Origin: Octopus vulgaris
Taxonomy: Eukaryota
DNA: 64,000 nt
Direction of reading: 5' to 3'
Assembly (NCBI GenBank): GCA_951406725.2
Contig: OX597820.1
Coordinates: 97,464,001 to 97,528,000 of the forward strand
The position numbers and the translations under genes are program-made. Each line of letters begins with the position of its first letter. Within the stretch, counting starts at the first letter, position 1. Below, in pieces: positions 42,232 to 57,180 of the stretch. The notes beneath the pieces are model-generated. The model was not told the DNA's origin, did not search any database, and saw nothing but the letters and a program-made list of their open reading frames with translations.

Positions 42232-42735
42232 CGGAGTGGCTGTGTAGTAAGTAGCTTGCTTACAAACCTCATGGTTCTGGGTTCAGTCCCACTGCGTGGC
42301 ACCTTGGGCAAGTGTCTTCTACTATAGCCTGGGCCGACCAAAGCCTTGTGAGTGGATTTGGTAGAAAGAAACTGAAAGAAGCCCGTTGTGTATATGTATA
42401 TGTATGTATATATGCATGTGCGTGTGTCTGTCTGTGTTTGTCCCCCCCAACAGCGCTTGACAACCGATGCTGGTGTGTTTACGGCTCCGTAACTTGGCTG
42501 TTCGGCATAAGAGACTGACGGAATAAGTACTAGGCTTACAAAGAATAAGTCCTGGGGTCGATTCGCAGTACATACATATGGGACGAAGTGTATAACATAC
42601 ATAAATCGACTTAGTTGATCGAGTATCATACACTTGATATCATCTAGGTATGCTTGATGCTTACTAGCCTCCTGTACCAAAACCATTTTAGATCACAGTA
42701 TTTTATTACTTGTGTATGTAAATGTGTATACAAAG

Positions 42736-42787
<52 letters not shown>

Positions 42788-43213
42788 CTAGGGCTTGTAA
42801 TTTCCGGATGTATATATATATATATATATATATAATTATTTATATATATGTATATACATATGCTCTTTTACTCTTTTACTTGTTTCAGTCATTTGACTGT
42901 GGCCATGCTGGAGCACCGCCTTTAGTCGAGCAAATCGACCTCAGGACTTATTCTTTGTAAGCCTAGTACTTATTCTATCGTTCTCTTTTGCCGAACCGCT
43001 AAGTTACGGGGACATGAACACACCGGCATCGGTTGTCAACGCAGACACACAAACACACACACATATATATATACATATACACGACAGGCTTCTTTCAGTT
43101 TCCGTCTACCAAATCCACTCACATGGCTTTGGTCGGCCAGAGGCTATAGTAGAAAGCACGTGCCCAAAGTGACACGCAGTGGGACTGAACCCGGAACCAT
43201 GTGGTTGGCAAGC
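42232..43213. mobile_element. Inverted pair of SINE family 1 copies (42232-42563 on +, 42863-43213 on -)
   Basis: Consensus matches in opposite orientation, about 300 bp apart. Confidence 0.85.
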
Positions 43214-43415
43214 ATCTTTAACAAGAATAGTTGTTAAAGAATAATAAATTTGCACCCTACCAAATCTACTGAGCACTCCTTTAATTTAATTTAAAATTGA
43301 TTTTAACATAAACAAACACACATATACACATGCACTTATATAAATTTGTATATAGTTACACGTACACTCACAACCAAAGTCACATCCACTCACCCACACA
43401 CACACAAATATATAT

Positions 43416-43448
<33 letters not shown>

Positions 43449-43450
<2 letters not shown>

Positions 43451-43520
43451 CTTAGAATAACTTAGAAAGGTTTTGGCCAGTATTGTCCCAGGCCATGTCC
43501 AGCTTAATAGCACCACCTGG
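43449..43520 (-). mobile_element. LINE 3' UTR/tail (same family as 18082-18156) fused downstream of the tRNA-Glu copy
   Basis: aacttagaa...gccagtattg(t/g)cccaggccatgtc(ca/ta)(g/a)cttaatagcaccacctgg is shared with 18082-18156. Confidence 0.85.
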
Positions 43521-43530
43521 TAAATAAGCG

Positions 43531-43602
43531 TTCCCATGCCGGGAATCGAACCCGGGCCGCCTGGGTGAAAGCCAGGAATCCTAACCACTAGACTGTATGT
43601 AT
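43531..43602 (-). pseudogene. tRNA-Glu(TTC) copy with eroded 5' acceptor strand
   Basis: Minus strand gtctagtggttaggattcctggctTTCacccaggcggcccgggttcgattcccggcatgggaa. D, anticodon and T arms are intact; positions ~1-9 are replaced by (CATA)n; no CCA. Confidence 0.85.
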
Positions 43603-44225
43603 GTATATATATATATATATATGCAAATAAAAATTCTGTTTGGGGTATAGACTTTGCAATTTACTTTAGAAAATTAATCTACAGATATCGGATAACAGAT
43701 TCGATTATGCAACAAGAACCGACTGTTGCGTACGTATATATACGCATATACTACTTTTCTTTATATATATATACACATATTGCTATGTTTGACATTAAAT
43801 TTCATCGTGTGTGACTTTCCATATCTTCTGCATGTAGACATGTGTTAAGTGTTTACTTCGTATACATACATCATTCCGAACACCCTGACGGGGAGGAAGC
43901 TTGTCTTGTCTTGAGTGTATTTCTAAGTGGTATCAACAAAACACGTGAAGTAGATTGTGTACATCAGTTTGTTATTTGTACTCCTCCTCATCTCGTGCGT
44001 AGAAATACGGTTATTGTTTTTATTCTGTTCGTGTACCTACGCGCCCGCGCGTGCATGTAGGTATGTATGTAGGTATGTATGTAGGTAGGCATGTATGTGC
44101 GAATGTTTTTAGGCAGTTAGGAATATGTTTGTATATATATATATATATATATATATGGTCTTTAGTATGTATGTGCAAATATGTTTATGTATATTCGACA
44201 CACATACACAAACATATACTAGACG

Positions 44226-44268
<43 letters not shown>

Positions 44269-44486
44269 TGTTGGTGTGTGTGTATATATATATATACGTG
44301 TGTGTGTGTACAGAATTATAGATACATTCACAAAGAAATACATGTATATATTTATGCATATATATTAATTGCATGTATATATTCATATATTAATATATAT
44401 ATATTATTTATATAGATATTTATTCATATATATATGTATGTATATATATATATATTTATATAGATATTTATTCATATATATATATG

Positions 44487-44583
<97 letters not shown>

Positions 44584-44975
44584 ATATGTATGTATATATA
44601 TATTTATATATAATATAGGCGTAGGCGTGGGTGGGTGTTAGGAAGCTTGCTTCACAGCCACATGGCTCCGGGTTCAGTCCCACTGCGTGGCCCCTTGGGC
44701 ATGTGTCTTTTACTATAGCGTCTAGGCGGCTAAATCTTTGTGAGAAAGATTTGGTTTGCAGGGAGGGGGGGGTTCATGGACCTTCCACAATACATTATAT
44801 ATAAAGGGTTGCAGAGTCGCACCGATTACTAGGTAGCAGAGAATCTGCCTGGGGTTAAACCTGTAGTAATATTGAACAACCACGCAATCTATTTACCTTT
44901 CCCGCCCCCACACTTGCGCACTAAGTTAAATACACAGTGAAAATACACGAAATATGTAATGTATGTGTGCATGCA

Positions 44976-45012
<37 letters not shown>

Positions 45013-45266
45013 GCGGACCTATATATATAATCTGTAGTATATATGCCTATGTACATGTGTGCGTTTATATGTATATATTATATGTGATAAAATGTTCATA
45101 TCTATTTGTGTTTGTGTGTACATATATATAATATTTACATTATATATATATAACCAAAATAAGCAACATTGTAATCACCCCATTTTGAATTATATGGATA
45201 ATAACCATACTAAATTCTGGTGCCTTTAACTTAAGTACCATATTCAACTGAATCTAAATTTTACTG

Positions 45267-46663
45267 AGGCTGTGTGGTAAGTAGCTTGCTTACCAACCAC
45301 ATGGTTCCGGGTTCAGTCGCACTGCGTGGCACCTTGGGCAAGTGTCTTCCACTATAGCCTCAGGCCGACCAAAGCCTTGTGAGTGGATTTGGTAGACGGA
45401 AATTGAAAGAAGCCCGTCGTATATATGTATATATATGTGTGTGCGTGTGTGTTTGTCCCCCTAGCATTGCTTGACAACCGATGCTGGTGTGTTTACGTCC
45501 CCGTAACTTAGCGGTTCGGCAAAAGAGACCGATAGAATAAGTACTGGGCTTACAAAGAATAAGTCCCGGTGTCGATTTGCTCGACTAAAGGCGGTGCTCT
45601 AGCATGGCCGCAGTGAAATGACTGAAACAAGTAAAAGAGAGAGAATATACACGTAATGCATGTTCGATTTATATCTACGAAGCGTAGAAATCCTTGAAGT
45701 TAATGGCTATATCTTAATGAACAATGTAATGGATCAGCAAAGACGTTCATCATTTTAATTTACACTAATTTCAGATATTAATCTAACAGCAGAAATGATG
45801 TCCAGGACGAATATAATAATACCGAGAGTGTAATATGCCATAATGGTTTTAATAATTAATTAGATAATTTTTTAAATATTAATTTACAGTTGTTCATGGT
45901 GTGGTAAGTAGCTTGCTTACCAACCACATGGTTTCGGGCTCAGTCCCACTGCGTGGCACCTTGGGCAAGTGTCTTCTTCTGTAGCCTCGGTCCGACCAAA
46001 GCCTTGTTAGTGGATTTGGTAGACGGAAACTGAAAGAAGCCCGTCGTATATATGTATATGTATATATATATATGTATATATATATGTGTGTGTGTGTCTG
46101 TGTTTGTCCCCCCCCCAACATCGCTTGACAACCGATGCTGGTGTGTTTACGTCCCCGTAATTTAGCGGTTCAGCAAAAGATACCGATAGAATAAGTACTA
46201 GGCTTACAAAGAATAAGTCCTGGGGTCGATTTATTCGAATAAAGGTGGTGCTCCAGCATGGCCACAGTAAAATGACTGAAACAAGTAAAAGAGTAATTAA
46301 TGAATTAATATATTATATATGTAAAGCGCGTGTCCTCATTTTAAAACCTGATACTTTTTCTATCGGTCACGTACCCTGAACCGCGAGGTCAAGCGGTGGT
46401 TCATATAAATACAAAACACAAAGATACACGCATATACACATGCGTGTGTTATCGCGCACACACACTTCAATTTTCTTAAGTTCATAAGCATATAGACGTA
46501 GGAGTGGCCGTGTGGTAAGTAGCTTGCTAACCAACCACGTAGTTCCGGGTCCAGACCCACTGCGTTGCACCTTGGGCAAGTGTCTTCTAGTATATAGCCT
46601 CGAGCCAACCAAAGCCTTGTGAGTGGATTTGGTAGACGGAAACTGAAAGAAGCCCGCCGTGTG

Positions 46664-46694
<31 letters not shown>

Positions 46695-46915
46695 ATGTAT
46701 GTGTGTGTCGATATGTTTGTGTGTTTGTCCCCACAATATCGCTTGACAACCGATGCTGGTGTGCTTACGTCCCCGTAACTTAGCGGTTCGGCAAAAGAGA
46801 CCGATGGAATAAGTACTAGGCATCCAAAGTATAAGTCCTGGGGTCGATTTGCTCGACTAAAGGCGGTGCTCCAGCATGGCCACAGTCAAATGACTGAAAC
46901 AAGTATAAGAGTAAA
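45267..46915 (+). mobile_element. Cluster of three same-strand SINE family 1 copies (45267-45640, 45895-46275, 46498-46915)
   Basis: Three near-consensus full copies. Confidence 0.9.
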
Positions 46916-47694
46916 AGCGTATTCCATGAAATCGACCTCTGTTTCCCAATGAAATCATGATAACCACACATTATTGCAGCGGTTTGATGAACAATACGCG
47001 ACAGACTTAATTCCCCCTAGTTTCTGTCTACCAAATCCACTCATAAAACGATTTTGTCGGTCTGAGGTCACGGTGGAAGGCATTTATCTAAGGTGCCACG
47101 CAGTGGGATTCAACGTAAGACCACATCGTAAAGAAACAAGCTGTTAATCACACTAGTGCGTCTTGGTAAAAATTTTCGAACAGCTTTGCAAGCTATTAGT
47201 AATTTCATAAAATAATTTTCATTCGAGAAACAGGGTTTATGATTGGCAGAATCGCTTTCATTACAATCTTAGTTCAAAAGGAGAGAGAGAGAGAGAGAGA
47301 CATGATATTAATAGTACAAGATACATCAGGGCAAAACCTTAGACTTGACATATTTCATCGGGGCATGCTATGAGCTTGATAATAAAAAAAAGAAGCAAAG
47401 AGTCCTGTAAAAGGGCAAATTATGTTTGACAAGGAGCTACAACAGTTCAGACTTTAGATTAACAACAGGTTTAAACAGGAAAAAGCATGAGATTTTCGAT
47501 ATAGTTAAAGGCCTAAGAAATTGAAGCAAGGTGTGTTCAAAACTAGGACGAATTTCCCCAAAATCATAATGTTATCTTTTCGTTTTTAACAGTATCTCTT
47601 TTCAGCTGAAATTAAAACAAAGTGAACTCGCCGTGAACTAGAAGTGTTGCTTATTGGCAAATGCAAACATACATTTGTGTGTGTGTATATGTGA

Positions 47695-47758
<64 letters not shown>

Positions 47759-47806
47759 CATACATTTGTGTGTGCGTGTAAGTGTGTATGTGTGTATATA
47801 TATATT

Positions 47807-47880
<74 letters not shown>

Positions 47881-48091
47881 TAGGTATATATATGTATATA
47901 TGTGTATATATATATGTGTATATATATATATTTATGTATTGTGTATAAATATGCATATGCATATGTATAAATATGCATATGTATGAGTATATATGTGTGT
48001 GCATATATATTTATATGTATATAGTATACATCTATGTCTACAAATGTAGGTATATTTAAGTTTATATACGCATATTTACCGATATCCATAT

Positions 48092-48154
<63 letters not shown>

Positions 48155-48454
48155 AACGCATTTATGTATATATATAATTATAACAATAAGGGTTTTTGCA
48201 ACAAGTTGCTTGACCACATAACGAAAATTTTAGAAATAGCAGCCAAAGGACTACTATTTCCTTTTTCTACAAAAATATGTCTCCACAGACAACAATATTT
48301 GTAACTCACATGATATATATGTATATTAAATATATATGATTGATTGATTCTAGTTTCAGCTCATGAGCTGTGGCCATGCTGGGGCACCGATATACGTATA
48401 TATATATATATATATACATAATATATATATATACACATACAATATATATATTTA

Positions 48455-48527
<73 letters not shown>

Positions 48528-48544
48528 ATGTATATATAGGCTCT

Positions 48545-48920
48545 GGCGTGGTTGTGTGGTAAGAAGCTTGCTTCCCAACCACATGGTTCCGGGTCCAGTG
48601 CCACTGTGTGGAACCTTGGATGAGTGTCTTCCACTATAGCTTCGGACTGACCAATGATTTGTGAGTGGATTTGGTAGATGGAAACCGAAAGAAGCTCGTC
48701 CTATATAAATAAATATATGCATATGTTTGTGTGTCTATGTTTGTCCCCCAACCAGAGCTTGATAACCGATGTTGGTGTGTTTACATCCCCGTAACTTAGC
48801 GGTTCGGTGTAAGAGACCGTTAGAATAAGTACTAAGCTTACTAAGAATGGGGTCGATGTGTTCGACTGAAGGCGGTGCTCCAGCATGACCGCAATCAGAT
48901 GACTGAAACAAGTGAAAGAA
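48545..48920 (+). mobile_element. SINE family 1
   Basis: Match to the family consensus. Confidence 0.85.
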
Positions 48921-49376
48921 AATAAGAATATATGTATATATACATGCTATATATATATATGTGTGTGTGTATATATTTATAATATAAAAGTGCAAGTGCG
49001 ATCGTGTGTGTGTGTATATATAGAAACTGTGAGAAGAGTACGTGTGACAAGGATAGTAGAAGCTACAGCTAATATTCTCATCAAAAACATCAATCTTAAA
49101 CTAACTCCCCGTACATCTCTTCCTTATTACCTCCCGTAAATCTGAAATCAGAATGATCTATTGCACCCGGCTCCCCACCTCTCCCTCTCCCATTCCCCGC
49201 ACGCCGCACCCCAGGAGCTTTTGTTTACTTTAGCAAACATATGTTTCGAATATTGGACATAAAATATAAAGCTTTTAAGGAGGAATATACACGCTCTCTA
49301 AATCTTTGTGTGTGAGAGTGAATGAATGTGTGTGCGCGCACATGTTTACGTAGACATACATGTATGCAGGTACATG

Positions 49377-49416
<40 letters not shown>

Positions 49417-49540
49417 CTATGAACATATATGCACGGTGTACAAATGTTTGTGTTATTAAGTACATATACATAAAACTCACACATGCATTGATATATATAT
49501 ATATATATATATATACACATTTTATATGTACATGTGCGGG

Positions 49541-49580
<40 letters not shown>

Positions 49581-50140
49581 ACATATGATTATAAGTGTGT
49601 GTGTGTGTGTGTGTGTATCTCTCTCACTCTCGCTCTCTCCACGCTCACACACACACTTATATAAGTTATAAAATTACAAAGCTAAGTCGGTGAAAAGCCT
49701 CTGTGTGTGTATGCACGCGCACACACATGCACACGTGTGTGTATGTGTATACATCTATATCTGTCATATATATGTAGACTTACATGCGTAATGTGAATGC
49801 ACATATGTAGCTAAGTAAAATACAAATCATGCATAGCAAAGAACAAAGACGTGGATGAGTGAAGGTGCCCTAGACGTCCTCCGCTGCCCTCTATAATGAA
49901 AGAATGTGCGTATAGGAAATGCTCTTCCAGAAGATAATCGTGGACCATCAAAGTACGGAGGTTGAAAAATCCGACATTCCCACAATGATTTCTGCATATA
50001 AGAATTTATATAATCTTAAATTGGTTTTTAGTAGCTACCTGTCATTTGCTTGTCTTACTTAGTCAAAACCCTTCTCATCTCCCATCTGCTCTTAATCTTT
50101 GCCCACACCATCCGAGAGATTCGTTTATATCGTCAATATG

Positions 50141-50365
50141 TCCTTTCGTTACCAACCCAGCTGAAACCGGCTCTGGCTCTTTAGTATAAATGTCTGGTTT
50201 TCAAAAGTTCTGAATTGAAACCTTCCACCAAACCTTAGTCACAATTTATGTCCCTAACTCTAGCTTAATGATAACGATGTTATTTTACCTAATTCTTTGT
50301 TATATTTAACATAATTGGAAGAAACACTGAGCATCTCAAAATAAATTCAGTAACGAAAGGGTTAA
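50141..50365. mobile_element. piggyBac-like MITE remnant
   Basis: cctttcgttac ... gtaacgaaaggg-TTAA terminal inverted repeat; the left TTAA is not retained. Confidence 0.4.
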
Positions 50366-51822
50366 GTCGTCTGAAGAACTGTCAACTCCATATACTGCCC
50401 ATGTGTCTTGCTTTTTTTTCTGCTTGATGTAATTTTTCAAGGAAAGGCTCTTTTATTTTGGCTGTCATCCCTGACTATTCGCTACTGCTGGCCATCTCCT
50501 TTCTGTCTGTCTCCAAGACAGTAGTGTGCTACTAATAGCTGTGGCTTCGAGAGGGGTCCCATTTTCGTTAGTTTCTGGTATCGATTACGAGGCAATTTCT
50601 TTTCGCTATTTTTACAGCTATAACTGGTAGTTCTTTGAAAAATACAAATGCTTCTGATACCCGTTTTTCTCGCAAATGATTCGTTTGACATCAATTTTCT
50701 CTTTACTCTTACCTTCCCACTTCTTTTAGACAGAAAGCTCTTAAATATCTTTTACTGCTTCACCAGTCGCATGCTCTTTCTCCCTGCAACAAATAGAGAC
50801 GGTCGTGTGGATTACAGAAATTGATCAAAAACTCTATGTACAGGCAAATCCCCCCATTTGTCCGCGTGCCATTCCGTCTCATTTTGGTGCTTACCACCGG
50901 TGCATATTGTGCCGCAAAAGTGACACATCAATGGCCAACCACGCTTCCAATGTCTGTTATTTTGTGGGACACTAAGCCTATTGGATCTAGTTAGACTGAT
51001 TCACAAAATCTGCATTTTTTAAAAGGAAGTGAAACTCTGAAAATCTGCTATAATAATGTAGTTTTCCACTCTTATTGCTATGAAGTTATGATGTTTTGGA
51101 GAAAATTTGGATGGCAAAGTTAAAGAGGTTTAAGAATCGAAAGAAATTGTGTATTTTCAGCCAAAAGCGAGACAGAAATTTTCTGCGTTTAGCGGAGCGG
51201 TGTCAACTTTAATGTTGTACCCTGTGAAATTTATAGTTTAGCGTCTGTGAAATGACCAGTTCTTTGTAGGTTTCTAAATAACCAGAAATACCTAATTTCA
51301 TTGTAGGTTTCTAAATAAACAGAAATACATAATAAAATCAACATGTATCATCTTACTGTTTCTTTTTCTCTTCATTGATTGTATGTTTTTTATTATTTTT
51401 TAAAAATTTGTCATATTGATATACTTGTCTGCGTGTATTTACTTTATACGTATTTCAGTATTATGTATACCTGACACGTATTTGTGAACTTCATTAATAT
51501 ATAAGTGCATGTGTGTGTGTGTATGAAAAGCGTGCGTCTATCTCCAAAACTCCAAAGTTGTGAAACGTTTTCATGCTTGGATTTGTAAACTACGATAAGA
51601 ATAACAGTGGTCAAAAATATGCAATATACTAACACAGAAAAATTAAAACAAAACACGCGGGTGAAAAGAATCTCGTGGTGTGAAGAATCAATACAGAACA
51701 ACGTGCAGCACAGACACGGGTGAAGTGAAACAACACAGCGTGCGGTTGTCATAACAAGCTGTTAACGCCTCGCTGTTTGTTATATATATATCTGTATATA
51801 TATATATGTATATATACATATG

Positions 51823-51886
<64 letters not shown>

Positions 51887-52059
51887 CATATATACGACGG
51901 GCTTCTTTCAGTTTCCGAGGCTATAGTAGAAGACACTTTACCCAAGGTACCACGCAGTGGGTCTGAACCCGGAACTATGTGGTTGGTAAGCAAGCTACTT
52001 ACCACACAGCCACTCCTGCGCCCATATACACACGCACATATATAGTATATACATGGACA

Positions 52060-52139
<80 letters not shown>

Positions 52140-52242
52140 GTATATACAGTGTGTATGTATTATCCATGTATATACTACATGTGCGTGTGTATCTACTATA
52201 TATATATATGTATATATATATGTATGTATATATATGTATATG

Positions 52243-52297
<55 letters not shown>

Positions 52298-52784
52298 GTA
52301 TATATATATATATGTGTGTGTGTGTATATATATATACACACAGACATACTATGTTTGCGTCAGGAGGAATGCCGATGTGGTTGATGTACAAATAGAACGT
52401 AACAATTTCACCCACTTTCGTCTCCCCTCTCCTTTTTCAACCTCTAGCATCAACTCAAAATTGTCTCTTTAATGCTGTCGCTGTTATGAACTCTTCATCG
52501 CACATATCTCGTTTCACCAATGTCTAAATTGCATCAACGAGAAGTTTTGTACGACGAATGCTTTCTTACGACATATCTTTTAGTTGTGATTTTATTTATC
52601 TGTTTGTGGATTTATTCTTTTAAGTATTTAAAGAAATGTTTAACTTTGTCATAATCAAGATTCTTTAATGCTTTACATTTTTATAGTTTGGTCTCATAGC
52701 TTAAAGGCTTGCAAATATTTGAGTCTCTTTTCGGTTGTTCTGATTTGCTGATTCATGTTGTGTTGTGCATTACACACACACAAC

Positions 52785-52855
<71 letters not shown>

Positions 52856-53036
52856 AATACACACACACACACACACACACACGAATATATATAGAGACGA
52901 ATACCACCTCTCTCTATGTGATAATTGTTAAGATATTTTTCTTAACGTGAAACCAGTGGTAATCTTAATGCACAAATAAAGTAATTTTATCCATTAATGT
53001 GGTTTTAAACACTCATTCTCATTATCCGACATTTAC

Positions 53037-53108
<72 letters not shown>

Positions 53109-53177
53109 ACACTTATACATATAATAAATATAGAAATATAGCTTTAATATAACTTGTCACCTGCTGAAGATAATGTT

Positions 53178-53222
53178 GCTGTGCTGATGACGCCTATTGA
53201 AACAGAAACACGTATTTACAGC
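53178..53222 (+). ncRNA. Degenerate hammerhead motif
   Basis: gctgtg-CTGATGA-cgcctattgaaaca-GAA-acacgtat-T-tacagc. Stem I is 6 bp, stem III is near-palindromic, stem II is poor. Confidence 0.45.
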
Positions 53223-54186
53223 TGTTCTCTTGTCTTTAGTCGATCAGATTGTCGTTTCTTTGATGGCATGTCCACTTTGGAGAAATTCTTGATTCTTGAA
53301 ATTATTATTTAGAGTTGGGATCAACGGCCACAGGAAGTGGAGGTAATTTTCAATAAATCAAGGATCTGTGAATGTATTGGTATATGTATATTTAAATGGG
53401 TGTGTTTGTGCGTGTTATCCTCTTCGTCCGCCTCCTTTAACGGCCATTTTTCATGCTGGCATGGGTTGAGTCTCCAATGTCTGCTTTGGCATAGTTTCTA
53501 TCTTTTGATGCCCTTTCTAACGCCAACTACTTTGCAGAGTGTACTAAGTGCTTTTTCGTGTAACCGAAACTAGCAAGGTCATGTAAGAACAAGAACTAGC
53601 AAAAACAAGAAAAAGAAACAAAAAGGGGTTGGGGGTTGGTACATAGTATTTATGATACTAATTTTTAATTCAAGCAGTAGGCTTTTTGCCTATTTTATAT
53701 ACTACAGGTCTGTCCTATACATTCCGTATAATTTAATTGCCTTTTGATAACTCAAATCGTTTTAGGTTTAAATACTGTACTGTAAATACAGTTCTGGTAA
53801 GAGCAGTACTTTATTGTATTACCTCTCAGGAAGCAGACCCACATTAAGACCTATAGAGACCGTAAGCTCTTAAAAGATGTGGGCTCCATATGTATGTAAT
53901 TCAAAATACAAATAATAATAAACCATAAATTAGTTATTTTTATTTTTCAAAATGAAATAAAAGTAACAGTAAGATGGAAAATAAAGTTTGTTCTTGTATA
54001 CTTTCAGTTTATTTATATTTGAAAAGTTTTCCTACTTTTTTTTTTAAATTTCAAAGTCTTTGATTAAATCTCACGTGACACCATGAACTTTTCGAAATTA
54101 TATTTCCAATCATACAAACTACTTCGAATATTATTTTAGGAAGGTTAATATGATTTCTTTTTTGCCGTGAACCATTTACCATTTCT

Positions 54187-54419
54187 TATTTCTTTACTGC
54201 CCACAAGTGGCTAAACATAGAGGGGACAAACAAGGACAGATAAACGGATTAAGTCGATTACATCGATCCCATTGCGTAACTGGTATTTATTTAATCGACC
54301 CCGAAAAGATGAAAGGCAAAGTCGACCTCGGCGGAATTTGAACTCAGAACGTAGCGGCAGACGAAATACCGCTGAGCATTTCGCCCGGCGTGCTAACGTT
54401 TCTGCCAGCTCGCCGCCTA
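54187..54419 (-). mobile_element. SINE family 2, full length, with 17-bp TSD
   Basis: TSD aaccatttaccatttct at 54170-54186 and 54420-54436. Confidence 0.9.
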
Positions 54420-54584
54420 AACCATTTACCATTTCTGTGGTGCTCAACCACCTTCTATTGATGCCCTAAGCACGTGCGTATTTTGCTTAATGGTTAATCC
54501 AACCCAGCCAGGAAAGATAAAAGGTAAAGACAAAGTGGACCTCGGTGGTATTTGATCAGAGAATATAAACTTGACGTAAGTAGG

Positions 54585-54935
54585 TCTCTCTCTCTAACCG
54601 CTCAGTGGAAGTCGACTCTCGGTCACTCGTTGGATCAGTGTTCTCCAGTCAGTTCTATCCTGGGCCGCTTCTTTCAGATTGGCTATGTCCATTCCGGTAT
54701 CACTCCTGATGGTGTCAATCCAGCAGGTTCTTAGTCGGCCTCTTCCTCTCTTGCCACTGACCATTCCGAGCATAATGTCCTTCTCCAGGGATTTTCTCCG
54801 CATAATATGACCGAAATATGCCAATCTATGCTTGGTGATCCTAGCTTCTAGAGACATTTTCGGCCTTATCTGCTTAAGAACTTCTCCATTTGGTGAACCT
54901 CGCTGTCCATGTGAGGAAATTTATACGGGACTTAA
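54585..54935 (-). mobile_element. 5'-truncated RTE-clade (BovB-like) LINE 3' end
   Basis: Encodes ...SLEARITKHRLAYFGHIMRR.SLEKDIMLG.V.GKRGRGR...W.D.I...DR..WR, a characteristic RTE ORF C-terminus. Confidence 0.85.
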
Positions 54936-55829
54936 ACGAATCCACTTACACACAAACATCGTTATGGTATTTAACATACCAGGTCACTTATTTTATATAC
55001 CCTGGGAGAATGAAGTAAAGTCGCACTCGTCATGATTTGAACAACACAAAAGTAAAGGTCTATTACAATATCATAGATTTATAAGGACCAGGTAACAGTT
55101 GATTAAGTGACAAATATTTATAAATTATTTTACGACACTGAAATGCAAAATCGACCGCAGTACAATTTGAACTCAAAATATAAGGAGATGTTATAATGCA
55201 ACGAAATTATGCGGAATTTATTTAAATTAAAAAGGGGCCATTGTCGAGTTAATATTATTCTCCATAATTGGTTGGTATTTATTTGCTCTATCAGATACCA
55301 CATTAATTAACCCTTTTGGCATGAAACTGCCTGATACACGCCCTTAGTTTTATAACACAAACTTCCTGTTATGGCCTGACAGCAGGGCGTGAAAGACATT
55401 TCGCTTCGCGTGTTACTGGTTCGGCCAAGCACTGACCAGTATAACCGGGAACTAGTAGTAGTAGTAGTAGAAGTCATTTTGTTTTGTTTAGTGGGTAACA
55501 CCCTATCTCCCAACCATACAGCTGTTAGGGTGTATTGACAGATATATGTTTGGGTGTGTTTCATTTTATGAATTTGTGAAAGAGGTCAAGTTGCATGTGC
55601 CTTTGTACCCAACCTCCCCGTCCCATTCTTGGTTTCTCAGAGGTTCGATGTAGTTGATAACCAGTGATCAAACTAACCATTACACACAAACGTACAAGCG
55701 CTCGCACACACACGTACGCTCCCCCATACAGATACACACATATATGTATGTATTGTTATTTTGGGGAGGGTCGGCTTACCAACAAACACATTTTGACTTT
55801 ATTGTTATTATTAGTTTATTTGTCAGAGT

Positions 55830-56168
55830 TCTTTCGTCTCGTCACACATCCTGTGACCTTTTCAAGGACTACGTGTTCTTCTCCCGGACGCGTGTGTCAT
55901 TATTAGCGTAATGACCCACACAAGACATAACAAGATTTGTTTCAACACACAATTTCCCATGTGACCGCGTGTGTACTGTTGGCGATATTTTTTCTCTGTC
56001 TTACCTTCTCTGGATCTTTCCTTCTCCTATGTTTCCGACGAAGAGCTCCACTCGAAACGTAAAGCCCTCCTTCATCTCTTCCTTCCTGAGCGTCCAATAA
56101 TACTATATTTGTTCCACGTCCTCGCGTTGTTGTGTTTTCTCTTTGTGTTTTCATGTTTGGATTAACTA
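55830..56168 (+). mobile_element. Longest family-A repeat; HHR at 56031-56065
   Basis: gttt-CCGACGA-a-gagctccactc-GAA-acgt-A-aagc; ends in (TA)n. The 5' boundary is uncertain. Confidence 0.7.
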
Positions 56169-56865
56169 TATATATATATATATGGTGTGAATAAAGGTGC
56201 ACAACATATAACCAATATTTAGAAGACCAAGCTTATCTTCATTGAAAGAGTATATTGTGAAGAATTGTCCATGTATTTTATTTTAGTCAAATATGATTTC
56301 TGTTGGTCGCCATAGTTTTGAGGATTACAGAGTATACGCACTCAACATACGGATATACGCTTGTGTGTGTGCGTGTGATTGCATGTGTATGTGTGTCTGT
56401 GCTGACACATATGTGCGAGTGCATGCACTCGTGTGTATAGGTGAATGGAAATGGTAAGGGACGCAAATACTGCTGCGCTATTCTTCGTGACTCCTACGAA
56501 ATTGGATAATTACTGAAGATTTTGAAAATACTAACTGAGCGGCTCATATTCCACTTATATTATCACAGTATATTAATACAAGCGCGCGCAATAGACAGAC
56601 AAGCAGTGAGACACACGCATGCGCATGTATGCTTATTTTACACACGAGAAAGGGTAGAAAAGTTCCTGGCGTCAAGGGTGTCATGAAAGGGTTATTTGGA
56701 GGCTCTCAACCTTCCGAGTTCTTTTACAGGGCTTAGAAAAACTGAAGGACCACTACAATAAGTGTGTGACTCTGTGAGGGGAATATGTTGAATAAAATCA
56801 CAATTAACTGATCCCTCTGTATTTTCTCTTATCCAAAGTCAAATATATATATATATATATATATA

Positions 56866-57125
56866 AGAAGCCCGTCGTATATATGTATATATATATGCGT
56901 GTGTCTGTTTGTGTGTCTGTGTTTGTCCCCCTAGCATTGCTTGACAACCGATGCTGGTGTGTTTATGTCCCCGTTACTTAGCGGTTCGGCAAAATAGACC
57001 GATAGAATAAGTACTGGGCTTACAAAAGAATAAGTCCCAGGGTCGAGTTGCTCGATTAAAGGCGGTGCTCCAGCATGGCCGCAGTCAATTGACTGAAACA
57101 AGTAAAAGAGTAAAGAGTAAAGAGA
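56866..57125 (+). mobile_element. SINE family 1, 3' half
   Basis: Match to the family consensus. Confidence 0.85.

Positions 57126-57180
<55 letters not shown>

Noticed and set aside
43531-43602. Functional tRNA-Glu gene
   Set aside because: The 5' acceptor strand is replaced by microsatellite, there is no T4 terminator, and it is fused to a LINE tail.
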